This document shows positions 37,277 to 45,200 of a stretch of 64,000 nt of DNA, in pieces. The notes beneath the pieces are model-generated. The model did no database searches, was not told where the DNA came from, and was given only the letters and a program-made list of their open reading frames with translations. Numbering within the stretch: position 1 is the stretch's first letter; each line of letters opens with the position of its first letter. Made by a program: the position numbers and the translations under genes. Source of the DNA: Tubulanus polymorphus (taxonomy: Eukaryota > Animalia > Nemertea). Where the stretch lies: assembly GCF_964204645.1 (NCBI RefSeq), contig NC_134036.1, forward strand, positions 8,222,812 to 8,286,811, read 5' to 3'.

Positions 37277-38665
37277 TTAAAATTTAAAATATAATATTCC
37301 TCCGATTACAATTCCTATACAAGTTATAGCTAATTTAGTATTTTCATGGGATTTATTATCATTATCAGTTTTAATTATATCATGTTGAATTTTATCAGTT
37401 CTATTATTTTCTGATGTATTGTAATCTTTTATTTTAGAATCATTATTTAATTTAATATTCTTAGTTTTAGTTTCAGTTGATTGAATGTGTTTTTTATTTT
37501 TATCACCTTCCATTAATTTTGGAGCAGTAATAATCTTTTTATTTATATCATTTAATCCAAATGAATTATTTATTGTTGCAGTTTTAATTAGATTATTATA
37601 ACCAATTATGTTTCCCATCTTTAATACTAAATCATTAGAAATAATTAATAGATTAGGGCCTATACAATAATTAAGTCTTACATGAGATTTATCTAAATAA
37701 TTTTGATATCTTATAATGTTTTCTGGAATCGATCTATTTTTATCATCATGTATGGAATCTTCAAATAATACTTTGAATTGTTTCTGTGTATCAAATGATG
37801 TATTCAAATTTCCAATTATCGGTGATCTTGTTTCAACTTGTGATCCTAGAATACATATCAAATAAATTCTAATAGATTGATTTATTCTTTCTATACCTGA
37901 TTTAGTAAAACCTTCACTATTTTCTAAAATAAAATAAACCCAACCATTATTGTTTTCTTGTTTTAAATTATCATAAAATTTTGGTAATTTATTGAAATTT
38001 AATGTTTCTAAATCCTTTGTTTCTATTTTACCATAACCTAATTTATTATTATAGATATTATAAAAACTATTAGATGGTATGGGAAGTGCACAATATTCTG
38101 CAATCTTTCTAGGGCATGGAAGTTATCTTATTGTTCCAATTTTTGTTCTAAAATCAGAATTATTTATATCTATATTAAATTCATTGCAAATTTTATAAAA
38201 CTTTGATAAATTAATATTATTATCTAATTCTTTAAAATATCTAGATCCTGGTAAAGCGCACTCTAATTCATTTAATATTATTCTGATTTGAAAGTATGTA
38301 TGAAATCTAAATAAACTTTGAATTAGTTTATATTTAGAATTATTCAAATGATCATTCCAACTAATTCCACAACCTGTTGTTGCACAATAAACAGCAAAAT
38401 TTAATTGATTCTGCCAATACTTCATATTAGATTTTAATAACCATTGTTTTTCATCTTTCAATTTTTTAAAATTAATTAAATATACATGAAATATATTTTC
38501 CATCTTTGCATTAAAATTATTAGTTTCAGTAACATAAATATATAAATTAGTTAATGAATCTAAAACTTCATTTCTATATGTAATATCTTTATTAAAATCT
38601 ATTGCTGGAATATTATATTTAATTGATTTATTATATTGGAAAGCTTTTGGAAAACTATCTACCAT
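37277..38665 (-). pseudogene. Single ~462-codon Polinton gene with C-terminal TM anchor, split by in-frame TAA at 38123-38125
   Basis: The frame stays open from 38122 into ORF 37277-37861 (87 codons, LPCPRKIAEYC...GWVYFIL). Only the 38665 start has the ATAAATG motif. Confidence 0.8.
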
Positions 38666-38681
38666 TTATATAATTAAAAAA

Positions 38682-39116
38682 TTAATAATTTATTAATTCT
38701 TTTAATAATTTATCTTGTTCTTCAACTGTTATATGACCATTTAAACTTATTATATAATCTAGTGTGTTCTTTAATTTATTAATTTCTTTTATATTAGTTT
38801 TAATTTTTTCTTTATTACTTTTTATATTTAATTTTGAACTTATACCAGTTAAAACACTTGAACTTAATCCTAATACACCAATTGATATAGCTAAAGGTGT
38901 TAATGGACTGAATATTGCTAAAAATGTTATTACAGAACTAATTGTAACCGAACCACTTATAATCAAATAATATATAATTTTACTTTTTAAATATTTTTTC
39001 TTTTTTATCTTTAAGTCACTTTCAAATTCTAATATTTGTTTTTCTAAATATGTTTTTAATTTAGTTTTATTTATATCATGAGGAATAATATCAATACTAT
39101 CAACTTTATCTTCCAT
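38682..39116 (-). CDS. Two-TM hypothetical protein (144 aa)
   Basis: Start motif; two hydrophobic segments flanked by charged helices. Confidence 0.75.
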   Translation of the reverse strand: MEDKVDSIDIIPHDINKTKLKTYLEKQILEFESDLKIKKKKYLKSKIIYYLIISGSVTISSVITFLAIFSPLTPLAISIGVLGLSSSVLTGISSKLNIKSNKEKIKTNIKEINKLKNTLDYIISLNGHITVEEQDKLLKELINY

Positions 39117-39135
39117 TTATTTAGAAAAAAAATTA

Positions 39136-39558
39136 CTAATTAGTAAACTTATAAGCAACAAATATAACAATAACTGTTCCACCTAAAATCCAAATTATTT
39201 CATATTTCTGTTGTTCTTTACTTGGGGTATAATAATCTGATAATTTAGGTTTGTATAGATGTAATTTTTCTTTATTGGTTACCGCGTTATATAAACTCAT
39301 TGCATCATCAACTGATTGAAAATCTCTATGTGAAATCTTCTGATCATATAATTCTTTATTGATGTAATCCATATAGTTTTGTCTCTTTTCTCTATATTCT
39401 TCTGCAGCTTTATTGTATTTCTCTAACGCTAAGTTATGTCTTCTTTGTTCTCCTAATGAACTATTTTTATCAATATGTTTAAATAAATAACCACCACCAG
39501 TAAATGCTAAAGCGTTAACAATTGCCGATCCTATAATAGTTATAATTGCAGAAGCCAT
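39136..39558 (-). CDS. Hypothetical protein with hydrophobic N-terminus and C-terminal TM (140 aa)
   Basis: Start motif; MASAIITIIGSAIVNALAFTGGG and IIWILGGTVIVIFVAY. Confidence 0.78.
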   Translation of the reverse strand: MASAIITIIGSAIVNALAFTGGGYLFKHIDKNSSLGEQRRHNLALEKYNKAAEEYREKRQNYMDYINKELYDQKISHRDFQSVDDAMSLYNAVTNKEKLHLYKPKLSDYYTPSKEQQKYEIIWILGGTVIVIFVAYKFTN

Positions 39559-39582
39559 TTATTTAGCAAAAAAATTACGCAT

Positions 39583-39804
39583 TTATATGGGAGGAATATA
39601 TTTTTGTTTTTCCAAATAATCAATTGTTAAATTAGATAAAGTAACTGCTAACGTTAACTTTAAAATATCATTTATATCAAATCTATCAACATTAACACTT
39701 CCCATTTTGAATACTTTTTTTAATACCATTGAATAACCAACAGTTCCAACTGATAGTAATGCACCATTATATAATCCAGTTATTATCCACTTATTATCAC
39801 TCAT
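39583..39804 (-). CDS. Small hydrophobic hypothetical protein (73 aa)
   Basis: Start motif GTAATTTTTTTGATAAATAAATG; tightly packed between neighbours. Confidence 0.7.
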   Translation of the reverse strand: MSDNKWIITGLYNGALLSVGTVGYSMVLKKVFKMGSVNVDRFDINDILKLTLAVTLSNLTIDYLEKQKYIPPI

Positions 39805-40146
39805 TTATTTATCAAAAAAATTACTATCATCAAAATATTTAGTTAACTTATTTATGATTAATTCAACATTTATTTCATTACTAGTTTTATGATTATCATA
39901 TATTTTGGATAATATGTTTTTAATATCTTCAATAATTCCATCTTCATTTAATTCATAATATTCTAATGGTGATTTAATTAAATCAATTACTTTTTCTATA
40001 TTATACTTTTCTTTATCAATCATTGATGCATTGTTAAATGATTTACTTTTTATATCAGTAATGACATCATTTAGTTTAATTCTCATTTCTTTACTATGTT
40101 TAAAATCAAACCCAAAACATATACTCTGTCCAACAGTTATATTCAT
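39805..40146 (-). CDS. Hypothetical protein (113 aa)
   Basis: Start motif; its TAA abuts the next ATG. Confidence 0.7.
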   Translation of the reverse strand: MNITVGQSICFGFDFKHSKEMRIKLNDVITDIKSKSFNNASMIDKEKYNIEKVIDLIKSPLEYYELNEDGIIEDIKNILSKIYDNHKTSNEINVELIINKLTKYFDDSNFFDK

Positions 40147-40163
40147 TTATATAGTGAAAAAAA

Positions 40164-40916
40164 TTACTCTCTACATCTTATAACTAATTCATAAATTACA
40201 GGGAAATTATTTAAATCAATTAAGTATCCATTATGATTTCTAATTTCTAATCTAAAATTATTAAAACGAGAAATGCATGGTTTGAAATCACATTCTGTTA
40301 AATTATAATTTATTTGCGTTCCAAATTCTTTAACATTCTTCAATGGTAAAATGTTTAGTAAACCAGAATTACAAGTTATATCTTTAGTTGCTTCGAATGT
40401 TTTTGTAGGATCAATTAAATTGCAATAAATATAAAAATGTGTGTAAGGTATCAAGTTTGGTGTAGCATCAACATTTGAATAAAGTTTATCTGGTGTAATT
40501 CCTAACAGTTTAGCTATAGGTTTTTTAACTAAAAATTGATATTTTTCACTACGAGTTAACCTAATCCTTATTTTATCAGAACTATCACTTTTTAAAAATC
40601 TAATACTAAACCCGGAATTACTACCTAATTTGTGCCAGGCTTTTCTATTAATTTCTTGTGACAATGTATCTAAATTATATAACCCTGGTTTTAGATATAA
40701 ATGATACCTTTTATTTTTTTCCTGAACTATAAACAATTGATGATCAATAGTTTTACCCGTTATATTATAAAAAGAATTACATAAACTTATATTAACTAAT
40801 TTTAAATCTACACAATTCTTAAATTCTCTATCTAATTGTACTAGTAAATTATGAGATTTATAATTTGTAAGTCTTCTAGAATCAACAAATATTCTGTATT
40901 CTTTTAGTTCTACCAT
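40164..40916 (-). CDS. Putative minor capsid (penton, single jelly-roll) protein
   Basis: 250 aa with IFVDSR, LKPGLYN, FYIYCNLI, LLNILPL and LEIRNHNGYLIDLNN patterns typical of Polinton/virophage pentons. Confidence 0.72.
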   Translation of the reverse strand: MVELKEYRIFVDSRRLTNYKSHNLLVQLDREFKNCVDLKLVNISLCNSFYNITGKTIDHQLFIVQEKNKRYHLYLKPGLYNLDTLSQEINRKAWHKLGSNSGFSIRFLKSDSSDKIRIRLTRSEKYQFLVKKPIAKLLGITPDKLYSNVDATPNLIPYTHFYIYCNLIDPTKTFEATKDITCNSGLLNILPLKNVKEFGTQINYNLTECDFKPCISRFNNFRLEIRNHNGYLIDLNNFPVIYELVIRCRE

Positions 40917-40984
40917 TATTTATAACATAAAAAAATTACCGCTCATCACTAAAAATTAATTTTAATAAAATTTTTCCTTAATAA

Positions 40985-42286
40985 ATGGATGAGAAGATAG
41001 CATGCGAAATTTGTGGTGAACTTCTAAGAAAAAGTAATATGGCTCGACATATGAAAAAACATAATGAAAATTATAAACCCCCTAAAATAAACTGTCCAAA
41101 TTGTAATAAAACATTCTCTAGAAATTATTTCAAAAAACATTTAGAGAAGTGTAGAATTAATGGTGCAACAGCTAATGTTGATAATAATTCTGTTGAAGTT
41201 GAACCTGAAATCATTTGGAAAAGACCTTTCTTATTCTATGATAAGGATAATATAAAAGATCATTTCTGTGAGCCTTGTCGAATAAAATATAACCCTGAAA
41301 ATATAGAAGATTGGGAGAATCATCAATTTCGTAAAGCACATATAGATAAAATTTCTAATAAATTTGAAACTGAATTCAATGAAAGAAAAAATAATTTATT
41401 AGAAAAAATAAAATATGAGAAAACGTTACCAGATAATGAAGAAACAGTTGAAAAGTTAGAAAAACAATATAATGAATTAACAAGAAAAACATATTATTGT
41501 AAATATTGTAAATTGATTATTACAACAAGTAATTCAAATCTACATAATAGAACAATAAAACATAAAGAAAACGTAAGAAAATACCAAGAGCTTAATGAAG
41601 ATCTATTACCAAGAAATTATAAACAAAAATGCCCACAATGTAGTTATGCGACCTTAAGGCAAGAAGGTACTGTGTTATTTTGTGTTGATTGTGGATGGCA
41701 AAAGAATTTATGGGATGAAGAAAAAACTAGAAATTTTCTTATAGATCCAAAATTAAATTATCTTGATGAAATTTTTAAAATATTTTCTATAGAAGATCAT
41801 ACACCAGAATATATGCAATGGCTTGAAAAAATGAAAATAATAGAAAATAAAAATGGTGAAATAACTAAAAAAGATATTATAAAAACCATTATTCCACCAA
41901 CATTTAACACAAAACAAAAGAAAATGTATTTATATTTATTATTTAACGATTATTATGAAAAACCTAAATTAACAGAAGAAGATATGAAAAATATAAAAAA
42001 AATATTCAAACAAATATTAATGTATCATTTGGAAAATAGAATAACAGATTCAATAAATTATGAATTCTTTTTAAATAAGATTGTAAATTATTTAAACCTA
42101 GATATTATAATTCCATTTGATGAATTAACAAACAAAAAGAAACAAAGAGAGCGAGATGAAATGTGGAACAAGATAGAACTTTATTTAAATGAGAAAAATG
42201 GAATGGAAGAAGAACCTGAACAATTAAATGAAAATGAAGAAGCTAATAGTGATTTCGAGTATGATGATATTGATTTTATGTTTTAA
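40985..42286 (+). CDS. Multi-zinc-finger protein fused to a poxvirus A2/VLTF3-like late transcription factor domain
   Basis: N-terminal C2H2-type fingers, zinc ribbon CPQC-x13-CVDC, then KLTEEDMKNIKKIFKQ...SINYEFFLNKI...DEMWNKI resembling VLTF3 (by recall). Confidence 0.72.
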   Translation: MDEKIACEICGELLRKSNMARHMKKHNENYKPPKINCPNCNKTFSRNYFKKHLEKCRINGATANVDNNSVEVEPEIIWKRPFLFYDKDNIKDHFCEPCRIKYNPENIEDWENHQFRKAHIDKISNKFETEFNERKNNLLEKIKYEKTLPDNEETVEKLEKQYNELTRKTYYCKYCKLIITTSNSNLHNRTIKHKENVRKYQELNEDLLPRNYKQKCPQCSYATLRQEGTVLFCVDCGWQKNLWDEEKTRNFLIDPKLNYLDEIFKIFSIEDHTPEYMQWLEKMKIIENKNGEITKKDIIKTIIPPTFNTKQKKMYLYLLFNDYYEKPKLTEEDMKNIKKIFKQILMYHLENRITDSINYEFFLNKIVNYLNLDIIIPFDELTNKKKQRERDEMWNKIELYLNEKNGMEEEPEQLNENEEANSDFEYDDIDFMF

Positions 42287-45200
42287 TGGCCATAAGGTAA
42301 TGTTTTTATACCATCATCTGAAATATGCCTTTTATCATCAAATGGATTTAAAGTAGTTTTTTCAACTTCATTAATGTACATCTCATGATCTTCTGATCTT
42401 AAACAATTCATCTTGTGTTTCATTACAATTGAGTTATATAAACACTTTATATAATCTTGAAATTCTATATGTTTATCAACCACATGTTTTGTTATTCCTT
42501 TTAACTTTTTAGCTTCATGATCTTTTGTTCTGTAACTATACATTTTACTTCTTATCCCAACAAATTCAATCATTTCATCACCTCCTAATTCATCTTTAAA
42601 TTTACCAGGAATCTTTTTATTATCATTACTAAACAATTCATGATCTTTGGGGTAATTGCTAAAGTCGAAATAATGTTTCAATGTTTTTAAGTCTTTTGTT
42701 ATATCATTTGTCTTGATTTTTAGTATGTAACTGTCAGTATTTTTTTGGATTAATGGGAACCCAGAATTGAATGTTCCATCATCTGTTGATAAATCATAAA
42801 CATAGTCAGTTGGGTTATATATTTCAAATAAATCTTTAACTTCTTCTGTTAATTCTTTTTCTACATGCCTTAAATTAAAACAATTTGGTTTAGATTTAAT
42901 TAATTCTATATTCATATTAAATCCTAATGAACAGAATAATATATTTAATCCTGATATAGCCACTTTTCCTTTCTGTGCAAAGGTTATCTTTTTATCCTTT
43001 GTAAATTTTTTAGTACCATCGGCTGCGTAGAACCCAATGAAGAACCATTTTCTTAAATTATTTTTTGCATTTAATACATAATCTGGAACTATCTTTTCTT
43101 TTGTTGAAGTATTACTTTTCACTATTGCATGAATATAGAATTCATCATTATATTCTATAGCAAAATCTTTAGGATTATTTACAAGTATTCTATAAACTGC
43201 TGATGATTTCATAACATCCATGATTCTAAATGTTTTATGTGAATAAACTTCTTCACAGAATTTCTTAATTCTTTCTAATAATTTTAAGTCTTGATTGCAT
43301 AAATACCAACAATATTTATTACCCCAAACATATTTATACACACCTGCTGAACCATCACCCATGAAAAATCCTTTGATAAAATATTCTTTTTCTTCTAATG
43401 TTTCAGGTTCTATATTATAAATATTACCAATTATTTCATCAAATGACATATGATTCATTCTTGGGAAAAATCTTTTATGTAATAATTCATCTCCAATTTT
43501 TATATCAGTTGGTTTTATTTCATCACCATTTCGTTTAATTAAACTGTGGTCTTCAGTAACATCTACAAACCCTAATTTAGTTCTAACTCTATAGATTTTC
43601 TTATTTGTTTTATGTCTAATAATATTCTTTAATTTTTTCCATCCATTTCTTGTCCAAACATCCATTAAACCATTTATTTGTATTAGTTCTTTTTCACCAT
43701 ATGAAATATAAGATTTATTTTGATTAGGAATAATTTCTGAAATTCTTCTAATTAATATTTGGTTATTGTATTTTAATAATATTGGGGTGTCAGCTGTTAC
43801 AGAATCGAAGTATAGAATTTCTATATGTTTTTCCCCAAACAATGGTTGTAATACATTGTAATAAAAATCATACATTAATAATTTTGATATTTCTAAAACT
43901 GTTGAACCAATGAAAATGGGTTTATTAAATTTCATTGACGTTCTTTTTAATTTTACTGCTGTTAAATAATCTTCAAATCTTTTATTTCCTAAATGTCTAG
44001 GACTTGATTGTAAATGTCTTAATCTTTCAGAATTATTTACTAATTCAATATCATTTCTATTTCTAATATTTTCACAAGTTTTTCCATAAAAACTATTGTT
44101 CATCAATTTAAAAAAATCTTTTTCGAAATCAGTTTTTGATATGGTTCTCTGTTGAGTATTGAAATCTATATATTTTTCTAACCACTTCGATTGATTAAAT
44201 TCAATATATCTATGTACTTTCTTTAATTTCATTCCTTGTTTTAGATAAAATTTTAACATTCTATAATGAACAATATAATTATATTTATTATTTTGAGTAA
44301 GTATTAATTTTTCTGTAAAAACATGATCTTTTGGTTTTATTTTCTTCTGGTATTCACTTAAATAACTATCATCTACAGTTAAATGTTCTGGGCAATAAGG
44401 TAAGTTTCTTGTTTTAAACTTTATATTTTCAGGATATTCTAAATCAACTACAAAGAAATAACCAATTGGTGCTTCATCTTTTAAACTCGCAATTGCGCTT
44501 TCCCAATCAGTTTTATCATCACTTTCAACTTCTGTTAATATAAAATTTTTATATGGTTGAGGTTGCATCATTGCCCAACCATATAAATTATTGGCGTCAA
44601 TATATAATAATTTATATTCATCATTTGCTTTAAAATACCTATCTCCCATAACACCACTAATTCCACCTCTAATTGATTTTTCAAATAATAAAACCATATC
44701 TGGTTCTTTTAATAAATCTAATTCTACATTTGTATATTTTAAACCACATTGCCAGGTTAAACCAGGACTTGAATAACAATAACAAGGGTCAACATTAAAA
44801 TGGTTTAGATTAACTTCTCTAAACTTTTCAAATATATCTGCCAATATCATAACATCTGATTTTAAATATAAATCAACTAATTCGCCATGATTTTTCATCT
44901 TAAAATGGTTCCAAATATTTAATGTTCTATCAAAAACTTCGTCTTTCACATACTCCTCTTTTAATTTATCATAAAATTGATCTTTTAATAATTCTGTTAC
45001 ATTAAAATCATTGTGTGTTTTATAAAATGAATAAGGAATTGCACCTTTATATCTCAATAATTTAAAATCTTGGTCATTTGGATAATAATATCGAGTTATA
45101 ACAAAATCATTATCAACTAAACTTTTTGATAAATTATCTAATGAACTTGCTAGAAATCTATAAGAATCTAAAAATCTAATGCAACCAAATTGAAATGAAA

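Noticed and set aside
37277-37861. Independent 194-aa gene
   Set aside because: TTG start without the ATAAATG motif; in frame with 38123-38665, so it is the 3' part of one gene.
33591-38125. Alternative genetic code (TAA read as sense) for the Polinton
   Set aside because: Most other element genes terminate at TAA, and the long ORFs contain no other internal TAA.
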